DNA of 63,323 nucleotides, filler included, from an uncultured Acidimicrobiia bacterium (GTDB taxonomy: Bacteria > Actinomycetota > Acidimicrobiia > Spongiisociales > JAOTWH01), in NCBI GenBank assembly GCA_964347285.1. It is 3 parts of 3 records of this genome, joined end to end, with 100 filler letters (N's around TTAATTAATTAA, not from the genome) between each part and the next. Parts side by side here need not be neighbours in the genome. Positions count along the whole stretch, not along the records: positions 22,813 to 45,510 come from CAYFYE010000037.1; positions 45,611 to 63,323 come from CAYFYE010000052.1; 1 more part is not named here. One strand, given 5' to 3'. Positions 39,352 to 49,941 of the stretch are shown here, piece by piece. Under the pieces are notes generated by a model. It saw only the letters and a list, made by a program, of their open reading frames with translations, did not search any database and was not told the DNA's origin. The stretch's first letter is position 1; each line of letters begins with the position of its first letter. Both the position numbers and the translations under genes were made by a program.

Positions 39352-40122
39352 ATGGAAACCGGGCTCGACGGAAAAGGGGTGCTGATCACCGGAGCTGCCG
39401 GTGGAATCGGGCAGGCGCTGGTGCGGGCCTTCGCCGGCGAGGGATCGAAGGTGGCCATCCACTATCGCACCTCGCAACGAGAGGCCAAACTCCTCGCCGC
39501 CGAGGTCGACGGGGTGGCGCTCAGAGCCGACCTCACCGTCGAATCCGAGGCCGATGCCCTGGTGCCCGCGGCGGTGCATACACTCGGTCGGCTCGACGTC
39601 TGCATCGCCAATGCCGGAGCGTGGCCGTCCGAAGACCTCCCGATCTGGGAACTGCCTCTGGAACGGTGGGAGGGGACTATCCGCTCCAACCTCACTGCCG
39701 CCTACCTCACTGCCAGGGCATTCCTGCGCCATGCCACAGTCACCGAGTCGGGATCTCTCGTTCTTGTAGGCTCGACCGCCGGCATCTTCGGTGAAGCCGG
39801 GCACGCCGACTACGCGGCCGCCAAAGGGGGCATCCTCACCGGGCTGCTCCTCAGCGCCAAGAACGAGGCGGCCCGTATCGGAGACGGGGTCCGCGTGAAC
39901 GCCGTGGCTCCGGGCTGGACGCTGACCCGGATGATCGGCGAGAGAGGCATCGATACCGCCCAGGAGGAACGAGTCACATCGACCATGGCCCTCAAGAAGC
40001 TGGGTCGACCCGAAGACGTGGCCGCCCAGGTGGTCACCCTGGCCTCGGACCGCCTCTCGGGACACGTGACGGGAGCAGTAGTCACGGTCGCCGGCGGAAT
40101 GGAGGGACGGCTCATCCCATGA
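39352..40122 (+). CDS. SDR family oxidoreductase
   Basis: TGAAGGIG, NAG, YAAAK and VNAVAPG motifs. Confidence 0.92.
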   Translation: METGLDGKGVLITGAAGGIGQALVRAFAGEGSKVAIHYRTSQREAKLLAAEVDGVALRADLTVESEADALVPAAVHTLGRLDVCIANAGAWPSEDLPIWELPLERWEGTIRSNLTAAYLTARAFLRHATVTESGSLVLVGSTAGIFGEAGHADYAAAKGGILTGLLLSAKNEAARIGDGVRVNAVAPGWTLTRMIGERGIDTAQEERVTSTMALKKLGRPEDVAAQVVTLASDRLSGHVTGAVVTVAGGMEGRLIP

Positions 40123-41303
40123 TGATCGATGTGGCGCGGGCCCGACGGGAAACGCCGGGCTGCCAGCGAGTGCTCCACTTCGACAACGCCGGGGCATCGC
40201 TGATGCCTCAACCAGTGCTCGATCGAGTGGTGGAGCACCTGCGACTCGAGGCCGAGATCGGCGGCTACCAGGCCGAAGCCGAGGTCGCCGACGAGCTGGC
40301 CGGGGTCTACGGGTTGGTCGCCGCGCTGATCGGCTGCCATCCCGCGGAAGTCGCCATCGTCGAGAACGCCACTCGAGCATGGGATATGGCCTTCTATTCG
40401 ATTGCGTTCGAGCCCGGAGACCGGATCCTGACCTCTCGGGCCGAGTACGCCTCCAACTACATCGCCTACCTGCAGGTTGCCGAGCGAACCGGCGCCGTGG
40501 TCGAGGCGGTGCCCAACGACGACGCGGGACAGATCTCGGTGGCGGCGTTGGAGGAGATGATGGATCACCGCGTCCGGCTGGTCTCGATCACTCATGTGCC
40601 CACCAACGGCGGATTGGTCAACCCTGCTGCCGCCGTCGGCCGGATCGCCCGAAACCACGGCGTCCTCTATCTGCTCGACGCCTGCCAGTCGGTGGGCCAG
40701 ATGCCGGTCGACGTGACCGAGATTGGCTGCGACATGCTGGCCGGCACCAGCCGCAAGTACCTGCGCGGCCCGCGCGGGGTGGGCTTCCTGCATGTCCGCC
40801 GCCCACTGATCACCGAGCTCGAGCCCCCTCTGCTCGACCTTCAGGCCGCCGAATGGACGGCCGCCGACGGCTATCGCATCCGTGACGACGCCCGCCGCTT
40901 CGAGAACTGGGAGGGCAACGTGGCGGGGCGGCTCGGCATGGGAACGGCGATCGAATACGCCCTTTCGATGGGCCTGGACACCATCGCCCACTTCGTACGG
41001 ACCTTGGCCGATCTGCTGCGGGAATTGCTGACCGACCTTCCGGGGGTCCGGGTCACCGACCTCGGGGCGGAGAAGTGCGGCATCGTCACCTTCGTCACCG
41101 AGCGGCTTTCGGCTACTGCCGTCAAAGAGGTCCTCGCCGACCAGGCAATCAACGTCTCGGTGTCGACCCGTTCCTCGACGCTCCTCGACATGGACGAGCG
41201 CGACCTCGACGAAGTGGTGCGGGCCTCGGTGCACTACTTCAACACCGAGCAGGAGGTGCACCGCTTTTGCTCGGCTGTAGCCGGCCTCCTCCGGGCCGGC
41301 TGA
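40119..41303 (+). CDS. Class V PLP-dependent enzyme (SufS/EgtE-like C-S lyase fold)
   Basis: HFDNAGAS, DACQSVGQ, RKYLRGPRG and RASVHYFN motifs. Confidence 0.88.
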   Translation: MMIDVARARRETPGCQRVLHFDNAGASLMPQPVLDRVVEHLRLEAEIGGYQAEAEVADELAGVYGLVAALIGCHPAEVAIVENATRAWDMAFYSIAFEPGDRILTSRAEYASNYIAYLQVAERTGAVVEAVPNDDAGQISVAALEEMMDHRVRLVSITHVPTNGGLVNPAAAVGRIARNHGVLYLLDACQSVGQMPVDVTEIGCDMLAGTSRKYLRGPRGVGFLHVRRPLITELEPPLLDLQAAEWTAADGYRIRDDARRFENWEGNVAGRLGMGTAIEYALSMGLDTIAHFVRTLADLLRELLTDLPGVRVTDLGAEKCGIVTFVTERLSATAVKEVLADQAINVSVSTRSSTLLDMDERDLDEVVRASVHYFNTEQEVHRFCSAVAGLLRAG

Positions 41304-41323
41304 ATCGACGCTACCGTGACGCC

Positions 41324-41557
41324 GTGGACATCAGTATCGAGTACTGCGCCGTTTGAGGCTACAGGGGCCGTGCCGTGAGCATGGCAACGCAGCTCCTCGA
41401 CGAGTTCGAGTCGAGTGTCGACCGGCTGAGCCTCGTCCCTTCCGGTGGAGGGCGCTTCGAGATCACCGTCGACGGCGACCTCGTCTACTCCAAGCTCGCC
41501 ACCGGACGCCACGCCGAGTACGACGACGTGGCCGTACCGATCCGGGAGCGCGACTGA
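41324..41557 (+). CDS. Rdx (SelT/SelW/SelH) family selenoprotein, CxxU, 77 aa
   Basis: MDISIEYCAV-UGA(41354)-GYRGRAVSMA...GGGRFEITVDGDLVYSK in one frame; leaderless -10 TACCGT at 41312. Confidence 0.88.
41364..41396 (+). promoter_or_regulatory. Candidate bacterial SECIS hairpin
   Basis: TGCCGT-GAGC-ATGGCA apical stem with a G-first loop, extended by GGGGC/GCTCC, just 3' of the UGA. Confidence 0.6.
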
Positions 41558-41687
41558 AACCCGAGCTCAGAATGCCTCGGTGGACGACATCTACAGCCCC
41601 CGGCCCTGCGATCGGTGATCCGTCCGGCTGCGACGTGAAGCCCTGCCTGAACTCCGGTGGCCTGCTCTGGGCGCCGTGGACCCCAGC

Positions 41688-42035
41688 TCAGCCGTATAGC
41701 GTGGCGTCGACCGCTTGCTTGTAAAGCGCGTTCGTCCAGCTACCACTCTGCTGATCGAAAAAAGCCATCAGCTCGTTGGTCAGCCTGCCGTACGTGGAGT
41801 CGCTCCGGCCCAGCGCCGCCAGCTCGTCCTGAGCCCCGTAGCTGTCGAGCTCGGTGAACATGTGGACGAACCCCCCGCTCTTGTCGGTGGTATACACCGC
41901 AAAGAAGGTGCCCAGGTATTTCACCCCCTCCGGCATCGAGTCGGCGTACTCCTTTTCGTTGGCGATGAGCCAATCCTGAAACTCGCGGTACTTGCCCTCC
42001 TGGAGGTCACCGCCCAAGTGCGCGATGAAGCGCAT
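41688..42035 (-). CDS. Hypothetical protein
   Basis: Purine-rich SD; globular composition and GC3-biased codons; no family recognised. Confidence 0.7.
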   Translation of the reverse strand: MRFIAHLGGDLQEGKYREFQDWLIANEKEYADSMPEGVKYLGTFFAVYTTDKSGGFVHMFTELDSYGAQDELAALGRSDSTYGRLTNELMAFFDQQSGSWTNALYKQAVDATLYG

Positions 42036-42128
42036 CCCTCTTCTCCTCTCCTCCTCCGGAGCCCCCTGCGAGCCCCTCGTGTTCGGCCAACCTAACTCTC
42101 CCCGCTTCCCGGCGCAGCCCGGGCATGC

Positions 42129-42917
42129 TCAGAGGTACTGGGCCACTCCGCGGGCCACGATCGCCCGCAGCTCCTCATGAAACAACCCGTTGGAGGCCAC
42201 CAAGACGGTGCTGCCCGGGCCGGCGGGATCACCCCGCTCATCGGTCACGATTCCCCCCGCCTCTGAGATCAGCAGGAGGCCGGCAGCGATGTCCCACGGC
42301 GAAAGGGCGAGCTCGAAGAAAGCGTCGAAACGACCGGCGGCCACCCACGCCAGGTCGAGCGCCGCCGAGCCGAACCGGCGTATGCCCTGCACCCGGGCGA
42401 GGACGCCGGCCAGCACCGCGGTATATGCCTGGGCATGATCACGGTGGTCGTAAGGAAACCCGGTGGCGATCACCGCCAGGTCGAGATCGCCCTGGGGACT
42501 GACGTGCACCGGCCGATCATCCATGAACGTTCCCCCGTCCCGCCGGGCAGTGAACGTCTCATCACGGGCCACGTCGATCACCGCCGCCGCCGCCGCTCCT
42601 CCCTCGTCGTAGAGAGCCACCGACACGCCGACCTGGGGGATCCCACTGAGGAAGTTGACGGTCCCATCGAGGGGATCGACGAACCAGCGTCGGCCCGCGT
42701 CGGCGCCGATGCCGCCCCCGCCCTCTTCGGCCACCACGGCGTCTCGGGGACGGGCACGTTCGAGGATCGCCAGCACCGCTCGCTCTGCGGCCCGATCGAC
42801 CTCGGTGACCGGGCTGGCGTCGGCCTTGTACTCGGCACGCCCGGCCCGGCCCATCCCGGCGCGGACTACCTCGGCGCCGGCTCGGGCAGCTTCCACGGCC
42901 ACGGCCAGGTCGTCCAT
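42129..42917 (-). CDS. Inositol monophosphatase family (SuhB-like)
   Basis: VDPLDGTVNF, RRFGSAALDL and WDIAAG motifs. Confidence 0.92.
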   Translation of the reverse strand: MDDLAVAVEAARAGAEVVRAGMGRAGRAEYKADASPVTEVDRAAERAVLAILERARPRDAVVAEEGGGGIGADAGRRWFVDPLDGTVNFLSGIPQVGVSVALYDEGGAAAAAVIDVARDETFTARRDGGTFMDDRPVHVSPQGDLDLAVIATGFPYDHRDHAQAYTAVLAGVLARVQGIRRFGSAALDLAWVAAGRFDAFFELALSPWDIAAGLLLISEAGGIVTDERGDPAGPGSTVLVASNGLFHEELRAIVARGVAQYL

Positions 42918-42971
42918 GGTCGAGACTCTACGGCACCGGCGAAGCCGCTCATGCGGGTAACCTCGCCGCCG

Positions 42972-44474
42972 ATGACCGCCCTGCTGGCCACATTGGCATC
43001 GGCTGCGCTCATGTGGGCGGCCTTTCCACCGCTCGACTTGGGCTTCCTGATCTTCGTCGCTCCGGCCCCGTTCCTGTGGGCTCTTCGCCACGTCGACCGG
43101 CCCGGCCGGGCTGCCTGGCTTGGATTCGTCTTCGGAGCGGCCTTCTTCGGAGCCTTGCTGCGCTGGATAATCCTGCTCGGGGCAGTGGCATTCTTCCCGC
43201 TCGTACTGGCCGAGGCGTTGTACGCCGCACTGTTCGCCGCGGTGGTGTGGATATTCCGCGCCCTCCCGCCGACCCGCTGGTGGCTGGTCACCGTCGGTGC
43301 CTGGGCGCTGTGGGAGTTTTCCCGGGAGCGGTGGCCCTTCGGCGGATTCCCTTGGGGAGCACTGGGCAACGGAATCGGGGGCCTGGCCTGGCCTCGTGGC
43401 GCCGCCCAATGGATCGGCACCACCGGTTGGTCGGTCGTCGCCGTCGGTGTTGCTGCCGGCGTTGCCCTGCTGGCCGACGCGGCACCGGCCCGGCTGCCGC
43501 TACGGATTTCCATCGGGTCCGCACTGGCCTTCACCCTGCTCGGCACGCTTTGGCCGCCTTCGGCCGACGGCGAACCGTTCTCCATCGCCATCGTTCAAGG
43601 GGGAAGCCCGTGCCCCCGGGTCCACTGCCCCAACGAGAACCGACTCATCCTGGAGTCCCACCTCGAGCTGACCCGCAGCCTGCAGCCGGGGACGCTCGAC
43701 CTGGTGGTGTGGTCGGAAAACTCCACGGGGAGCTCGACCAGCCCGGTCACCAATCCCCAGGTGTTCGCCGACCTGTCTGCCGAGGCGCGCCGCTTGGACT
43801 CCAACCTGCTGGTGAGCGGCACGAGAGTTGCCGAGGATCCCGACCGCTTCATCAACGCCAACTTGCTCCTATCGCGCCGGGGCGATCTGATCGGCGAGTA
43901 CATGAAACGGCATCCGGTGCCCTACGGCGAGTACGTGCCGTTTCGCGACGCGCTCACGTTCATCCCCCAGCTCGACGCCGTGCCCCGTGACATGGTGCGG
44001 GGGGACCGGCCGGTGGTATGGGACCTTCCCGAAGGAGTGCTGGGTTCGGTCATATCCTTCGAGGGGGCGTTCGCCCGTACCGTCCGCAGCGTCTCCAAAG
44101 AGGGGGCCGAGATCCTCGTTGTGCTGTCCAACGAGGGCAGCTACGGCCGCTCCGAAGCCTCCGACCAGTTCATCGGCCTCACCCGAATGCGAGCCGCCGA
44201 GTTGGGCACGCCCCTCATTCACGGAGCGATCACCGGCAAGTCGACCCTCATCGACGCCGACGGGTCGCTCAGCGAAACCACGAGCCTCTTCGTGCCCGAG
44301 GTGTTGCTTGGTGAGCTGCGGTGGAGGACGGCCGGCCCCACGCTCTACGCCCGGCTCGGCGACTGGCTGCAGATCGCCGCCATAGTGGCCGGAATCGTGG
44401 CACCCGTTTGGCGGCCGCAGGACCGACCGACCCGTCTTTTCACGCCTCCCTGGGCGCACCGCCGAACCGAGTAG
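42972..44474 (+). CDS. lnt: Apolipoprotein N-acyltransferase
   Basis: PFGGFPW, VVWSEN and YMKRHPVPYGEYVP motifs; ISFE at the nucleophile position (Ser in place of Cys). Confidence 0.9.
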   Translation: MTALLATLASAALMWAAFPPLDLGFLIFVAPAPFLWALRHVDRPGRAAWLGFVFGAAFFGALLRWIILLGAVAFFPLVLAEALYAALFAAVVWIFRALPPTRWWLVTVGAWALWEFSRERWPFGGFPWGALGNGIGGLAWPRGAAQWIGTTGWSVVAVGVAAGVALLADAAPARLPLRISIGSALAFTLLGTLWPPSADGEPFSIAIVQGGSPCPRVHCPNENRLILESHLELTRSLQPGTLDLVVWSENSTGSSTSPVTNPQVFADLSAEARRLDSNLLVSGTRVAEDPDRFINANLLLSRRGDLIGEYMKRHPVPYGEYVPFRDALTFIPQLDAVPRDMVRGDRPVVWDLPEGVLGSVISFEGAFARTVRSVSKEGAEILVVLSNEGSYGRSEASDQFIGLTRMRAAELGTPLIHGAITGKSTLIDADGSLSETTSLFVPEVLLGELRWRTAGPTLYARLGDWLQIAAIVAGIVAPVWRPQDRPTRLFTPPWAHRRTE

Positions 44475-44522
44475 TACCCAGCCGCCGCCGCTGCGACAAT
44501 GGTTGCGAAGGGAGACGGGCTC

Positions 44523-45510
44523 GTGCTGGACACCATCGCGATGATCATGGCGGGCGGCAAGGGGTCTCGCCTGGCCCCGCTCACGTCGCACCGGGCCAAG
44601 CCGGCCGTTCCGTTCGGAGGTCGCTACCGGATCATCGACTTCGCCCTCTCCAACTTCGTCAATTCCGGCTACCGGCGCATCTTCGTTCTCACCCAGTACA
44701 TGGCCAGCAGCCTCATCCAGCACCTGAGTCGCAACTGGCACCTGTCCGGGATAGACGAGTTCATCGAGGTCTCTCCCGCTCAGATGCGATTGGGCGAGCA
44801 TTGGTACCGGGGCACGGCCGACAGCGTTCTCCAGAACCTCAACCTGGTGCGCGACTTCCGGCCGGCCCACGTCGCCGTCTTCGGAGGCGACCACATCTAT
44901 CTCTTCGACATCTCCCAGATGGACCGCTTCCACCGCGACACCGGAGCCGACGTCACCGTGGCGGCGATCCCGGTGCCGGTCGCCGAGGCCCACCAGTTCG
45001 GAATCCTTGAATGCGACCAGTCGGGCCGCATCGTCGGCTTCGACGAGAAGCCGGCTCGACCCAAGGAGATGCCCGACCGGCCCGGGCATGCGCTGGTCAG
45101 CATGGGCAACTACATCTTCCGGGCAGGTCTTCTGCAGCGGGCCCTGCTGGCCGAGCTCGAGGAACCGGACAGCACGCTGGATTTCGGCCGGGATGTGATT
45201 CCCCGGCTCATACGCGAGGGCGAGCGAGTGTTCATGTACGACTTCGCCAAGAATGCTCTACCCGGCCGGCCCGAGGGAGCCGAGCCGTATTGGCGTGACG
45301 TGGGCACGGTCGACGGGTATGTCGCCGCCAATGCCGAGGTGCGCGATCGGATGCCGGCATTGGATCTGTACAACCGGGCGTGGCGGATTCGCACCGCTCA
45401 ACGCGACTATCCACCCGCCCGCTTCGTGCGAGAAGCGGGAGACCGGACCACCGAGCTCGTGGACAGCCTGATCTGCGAGGGAAGCATCATCGGCAACGCG
45501 TCGCTTCGAG
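44523..45510 (+). CDS. glgC: Glucose-1-phosphate adenylyltransferase, 3'-truncated by contig end
   Basis: AGGKGSRL, RAKPAVPFGG, WYRGTAD, SMGNYIF and YWRDVGT motifs. Confidence 0.95.
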
Positions 45511-45610
45511 NNNNNNNNNNNNNNNNNNNNNNNNNNNNNNNNNNNNNNNNNNNNTTAATTAATTAANNNNNNNNNNNNNNNNNNNNNNNNNNNNNNNNNN
45601 NNNNNNNNNN
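45511..45610. other. Artificial contig linker
   Basis: 44 N + TTAATTAATTAA + 44 N. Confidence 0.98.
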
Positions 45611-46715
45611 TGTCGTCGAAGAAGTCGGCGAGCGGGATCGACACGAGCTGCCAGCCGCCGCCGGCCTCGGCGCAGGGCCCGCCCGCCGCCACCACGCAGT
45701 TGAACTGGAACTCGTCGTCGTCGGGTGCGTTGATGGCACCGTCGCCGTTGTCGTCCTCCTGCAGGTTGATCTCCAGCGTGTAGTCCTGGCCGGCGTCGGG
45801 GTTGATCCAGAAGTTGAAGTGGTCGGTGCCCGAGAGGTCGGAGGGATTGGTGCGGCCGAACCCACCGAAGAAGCCGGGAACGCCGCCCGATCCCCAGCCG
45901 CTCTCGAGCGAGAACGCGCCGCCGTCGGCCGGGGGCAGATCGGTCGAGTTGGCGCCGATCCCGCCGCCGCCGACCGAGCCGTCGAACGCGAACCACCCGT
46001 TGCCGAGCGGGTCGCCGTGCTCCATGTCGTCGAAGAGGACCTCGTCGAACAGCTGCGGGCCGCCGGAGGTGAACGAGAACAGGTCGAAGTCGACCTCGAC
46101 CGTCGAGCCGCTGTCGCCCACGACGTCGGAGATGACGATGACGACCTCGTCGAGGTCACCGTTGAACGTACCGTCCCCACCGGTGAAGAGGTCGGTGAAC
46201 CCGCTGACCGGGGCGCTGATCAGCGTCCACTGGTCGTCGAAGGAGGTGGAAGGGAACATCGTGTCGAGGCGGAAGGAGTCGTCGACTCTGCCGGTATAGC
46301 CGTCGCCGGCGAGGTCTTCGCGGATCGTGATCTCGAGGGTGTACTGGTCGACCGTGGCGTCGCTCTGATTGAGGACCCACACGTTGAACCAGGGATCGGT
46401 AGGCAGCGTCACCTGAGCGGCGTCGTCGAAGTTCTTGAACGCCCCGCCGTAGAGGCCGCTGGTCGTTCCCTCGCCGCCCCAGCCGGTGCTCATGTAGCCG
46501 CCGCCCTCCTGGGGTCGGTCGGAGAGGACTCCGCCTCCGCCCCCCGCAAGGTTGCCCCCGAAGAAGCCCCAGTCGAAGGTGCCCTCGAAGTCGTCGATGA
46601 CCGCACCGGCAGGATTGAGCGCGGCCCGAGAGGCCCCCTGGACTACGAAGAGCGCGCTCGCGATCAGCGCCACCACCACAGTCAGTCTCAGCGTCTTCCG
46701 CGTGCCGGCGCGCAT
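45611..46715 (-). CDS. Secreted protein with tandem CBM11-like carbohydrate-binding modules, 3'-truncated
   Basis: Signal peptide; two related modules (IDDFEG/FDDMEH, YTLEI, WTLISAP/WQLVSIPLADF). Confidence 0.7.
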
Positions 46716-46741
46716 GTCCCCTCCTCGTTCGAAGAATCACT

Positions 46742-46759
46742 CCTGGGAGCGCTCCCAGG
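46742..46759. promoter_or_regulatory. CelR/CebR operator
   Basis: Perfect TGGGAGCGCTCCCA (46744-46757) inside an 18-bp palindrome, between -10 TATAGT (46795-46790) and the SD. Confidence 0.88.
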
Positions 46760-46985
46760 CAGTGGCCATCGACCGTAGTCGTCTCGCGCACTATATCTCA
46801 ACAGGGCCACCTCCTCGGGATGGCGTTGATCAGCTCGCCCGACTAGGCCCGGCCCCCATTCAGCCCCGAAGTCGCCTTCGCCGCTGACCCGAACCCCACG
46901 CCAAGGCCACCCGGGCAGCTCGAAGGGCCGGATCAGGGATACGAGCGGCCGTCCTCGAGGCCGTCCCGGTAGCGCCTCAACGTCA

Positions 46986-47190
46986 AGCTATGGGTCCGAA
47001 CTGAGTCGAGCGCTACGCACCGCCATCATCGTTGAGAATGCCGCCCAGCCGACGCTGTTGGCGGCCGCTCTGTGGGACAACAGGCGCTGCCGGGCCGCCT
47101 AGATACGGGGACCCAAACAGGCATGGACCGCCGCGGCTTTCATCAACTTCGTCGGGCCGATCGCCTATTTCCTGTTCGGGCGGAAGCGGC
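46986..47190 (+). pseudogene. Decayed PLDc_N-domain small membrane protein
   Basis: SELSRALRTAIIV...LLAAALWDNRRCRAA*IRGPKQAWTAAAFINFVGPIAYFLFGRKR with in-frame TAG at 47100 and no clear start. Confidence 0.65.
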
Positions 47191-47231
47191 CGCGTCGGGC
47201 GGATGGTCCCGTCGAGGCAGGGGCCGGCCGC

Positions 47232-49799
47232 CTACTCGAGGATCAGTTCCCCGTTCTTGGCGGTGACCCGTGCCGTGTCTCCCTCGCCGTAGGTGCCCTC
47301 GAGCATCGCCAGCGCCAGGCGATCGCCGAGCTCCTTTTGTATGAGCCGTCGCAGAGGCCGGGCTCCAAAGCTGGGGTCGTAGCCATGTGCGGCCAACCAG
47401 TCGGCGCCCTCCTCGGTGACCTCCAGGCCGATCTTGCGCTCGACCAGGCGGCGGCGCAGTTCCTCGAGCTGGATGTCGACGATACGACGCAGATCTTGGG
47501 GTGACAGCCGGTCGAAGACGATGATGTCGTCGACCCGGTTGAGAAACTCCGGCCGAAAATGGTCGCGCACCGCCCCGAGTACCCGGTCGGCAACAATCTC
47601 CGGTGCCAGGTCGGGATCGATGAACTCCGAGCCCAGGTTGGACGTCATGATCAGCACGACGTTGGTCAAGTCGACGGTACGGCCGTGGCCATCCGTCAAG
47701 CGGCCGTCATCCATGATCTGAAGAAGCACGTTGAAGACTTCGGGGTGGGCCTTCTCGATCTCATCCATCAGCACCACCGAATAGGGACGCCGGCGAACCG
47801 CCTCGGTGAGCTGTCCACCCTCCTCGAAGCCGACGTATCCGGGAGGAGCCCCGATCAGGCGACTGACCGTGTGCTTCTCCATGTACTCGGACATGTCGAT
47901 ACGGACCATGGCCCGCTCGTCGTCGAAGAGGAATTCGGCGAGGGCTCGGGCCAGCTCGGTCTTACCCACGCCGGTGGGGCCCAGGAAGATGAACGAGCCA
48001 ATCGGTCGGTTGGGATCGGAAAGCCCGGCCCGGGAGCGGCGAATGGCGTTGGCTACCGCCTCCACGGCAGCGTCTTGACCGACCACCCGGCGATGGAGGT
48101 GCTCCTCGAGGCGGATGAGCTTCTCCACCTCTCCCTCCATCAGTCGGGACACCGGAATGCGGGTCCACCGACTGACGACCTCGGCAACGTCCTCCTCACC
48201 CACTTCCTCGGTAAGCATCTTCTGGGAGGCCTGGAGCTTCTCCAGCTCCTCCTGCTCGGTGCCGAGGCGGGCCTCGAGATCTCGCAGGGTTCCGTAGCGG
48301 AGTTGAGCGGCCTTGTCCAGATCGCCATTCCGCTCGGCCCGGTCGGCTGCGGAGCGAGCCTCCTCCATTTCCTGCTTGGTCTGGCGAATGCGCCCGATGG
48401 CCTCCTTCTCGGTGTTCCAGTGGGCCACCATTGCGTCCACTTCTTCGGAGGCATCGGCGATCTCCTTCTCGAGGGAGGCGAGCCGCTCCTTGGAAGCTTC
48501 ATCGGTCTCCTTCAAGAGCGCGGAGCGCTCGATCTCGAGTTGGCGGCGGCGGCGCTCCAGCTCGTCGATCTCCTCGGGCATCGAGTCGATCTCGATACGC
48601 AGCCGGCTGGCAGCCTCGTCGATGAGATCGATCGCCTTGTCGGGAAGCTGGCGGGCGGTGATGTAGCGATCGGAGAGCACCGAGGCAGCCACCAGTGCGG
48701 CGTCCGTGATGCGGACACCGTGGTGTACCTCATAGCGTTCCTTGAGGCCCCGCAAGATGCCGATGGTGTCCTCCACCGAGGGCGGCTCGACGACGATCGG
48801 CTGGAAGCGCCGCTCCAGGGCTGCGTCCTTCTCCACGTGCCGCCGAAACTCTTCGAGAGTGGTGGCGCCGATCATGCGCAGCTCGCCTCGAGCCAGCATC
48901 GGCTTGAGCATGTTGGAGGCATCGACCGCCCCTTCGGCTGCGCCGGCTCCGACGATGGTGTGCATCTCGTCGATGAAGCTGATGATCCCGCCCTCGGAAG
49001 CCTTGATCTCGGCCAGGACCGCCTTCAGCCGCTCCTCGAATTCACCTCGGTATTTGGCGCCGGCCACCATGGCGCCGATGTCGAGCGCGATCACCCGCTT
49101 GGTCTTGAGCCCCTCCGGCACGTCACCGTCCACGATCCGCTGCGCCAGACCTTCGACGATGGCGGTCTTCCCGACTCCGGGCTCCCCAATCAGGACGGGG
49201 TTGTTCTTCGTGCGCCGGGACAGCACCTGGATGACCCGGCGGATCTCGTCGTCCCGCCCGATGACCGGGTCGAGCTTGCCGGCCGCCGCCGATTTTACGA
49301 GGTCGCGCCCGTACTGCTCGAGAGCGTTGAAGGTTGCCTCGGGGTCGGGGCCTGTAACCCGCTGCGATCCTCGCAGCTCGGTCAAAGCCGAAAGCAGGCC
49401 TTCACGGTCGAGGCCGAATTGAGACAACACCTTGCCGGCCGCCGACTTCGAGGCGGCGATGGCCAGGAGCAAGTGCTCCACCGACACGTAATCGTCCTTG
49501 AGCGCCTGCCGCTCTCGATCGGCATCCTCGAGGAGGGCGGCCGTAGCCGGGGACATGGTGGGTGCCGTGCCGCCGTAGACCTTGGGCATTCCCCGCAAGG
49601 CCTCATCGAGGGCCCGGCGCACGTCGGCCGGGTTGGCGGCGGCCCGGGCCAGCAGAGGTACTGCAATCCCGTCGCCCTGGCCCAACAAGGCGAAGAGCAG
49701 GTGGGCCGGATCGACGTTGGCGTGGTTCCGCCGGCCCGCCTCCTCGACCGCGGCCGCCAAAGCCTGCTGCGCCTTGGCGGTGAACGTGTTCAGATCCAT
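47232..49799 (-). CDS. clpB: ATP-dependent chaperone ClpB
   Basis: Two AAA+ modules ([16 protein letters not shown]) and the long coiled-coil M domain. Confidence 0.97.
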   Translation of the reverse strand: MDLNTFTAKAQQALAAAVEEAGRRNHANVDPAHLLFALLGQGDGIAVPLLARAAANPADVRRALDEALRGMPKVYGGTAPTMSPATAALLEDADRERQALKDDYVSVEHLLLAIAASKSAAGKVLSQFGLDREGLLSALTELRGSQRVTGPDPEATFNALEQYGRDLVKSAAAGKLDPVIGRDDEIRRVIQVLSRRTKNNPVLIGEPGVGKTAIVEGLAQRIVDGDVPEGLKTKRVIALDIGAMVAGAKYRGEFEERLKAVLAEIKASEGGIISFIDEMHTIVGAGAAEGAVDASNMLKPMLARGELRMIGATTLEEFRRHVEKDAALERRFQPIVVEPPSVEDTIGILRGLKERYEVHHGVRITDAALVAASVLSDRYITARQLPDKAIDLIDEAASRLRIEIDSMPEEIDELERRRRQLEIERSALLKETDEASKERLASLEKEIADASEEVDAMVAHWNTEKEAIGRIRQTKQEMEEARSAADRAERNGDLDKAAQLRYGTLRDLEARLGTEQEELEKLQASQKMLTEEVGEEDVAEVVSRWTRIPVSRLMEGEVEKLIRLEEHLHRRVVGQDAAVEAVANAIRRSRAGLSDPNRPIGSFIFLGPTGVGKTELARALAEFLFDDERAMVRIDMSEYMEKHTVSRLIGAPPGYVGFEEGGQLTEAVRRRPYSVVLMDEIEKAHPEVFNVLLQIMDDGRLTDGHGRTVDLTNVVLIMTSNLGSEFIDPDLAPEIVADRVLGAVRDHFRPEFLNRVDDIIVFDRLSPQDLRRIVDIQLEELRRRLVERKIGLEVTEEGADWLAAHGYDPSFGARPLRRLIQKELGDRLALAMLEGTYGEGDTARVTAKNGELILE

Positions 49800-49860
49800 C
49801 TCCCTTGGTCACCTCCTCCACTGGGGACAACCCGGATTGCCGCCCATACATGCCAGAAAA

Positions 49861-49881
49861 TCTAAGTCGAATGCTATCATA
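49861..49881. promoter_or_regulatory. Degenerate HAIR (HspR) site overlapping a bidirectional -10
   Basis: TCTAAGT-N7-TATCATA versus CTTGAGT-N7-ACTCAAG; ATGCTATCAT gives TAGCAT (-) and TATCAT (+). Confidence 0.4.
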
Positions 49882-49941
49882 TTTGCCGATGAGCGCCCCG
49901 AACATCCCGAGGCCGACCCGGCCCTCCAGCCCGGCGGCGCC

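Noticed and set aside
47100..47102. In-frame TAG as pyrrolysine or amber readthrough
   Set aside because: Surrounding sequence is degenerate and lacks a start; no pyl genes in the window.
47559..49865. 768-aa plus-strand ORF and other long antisense ORFs (e.g. 8192-9823, 34506-35825, 39810-41261)
   Set aside because: Shadows of high-GC3 genes on the opposite strand (clpB, regulator, copA, PLP enzyme), with no motifs of their own.
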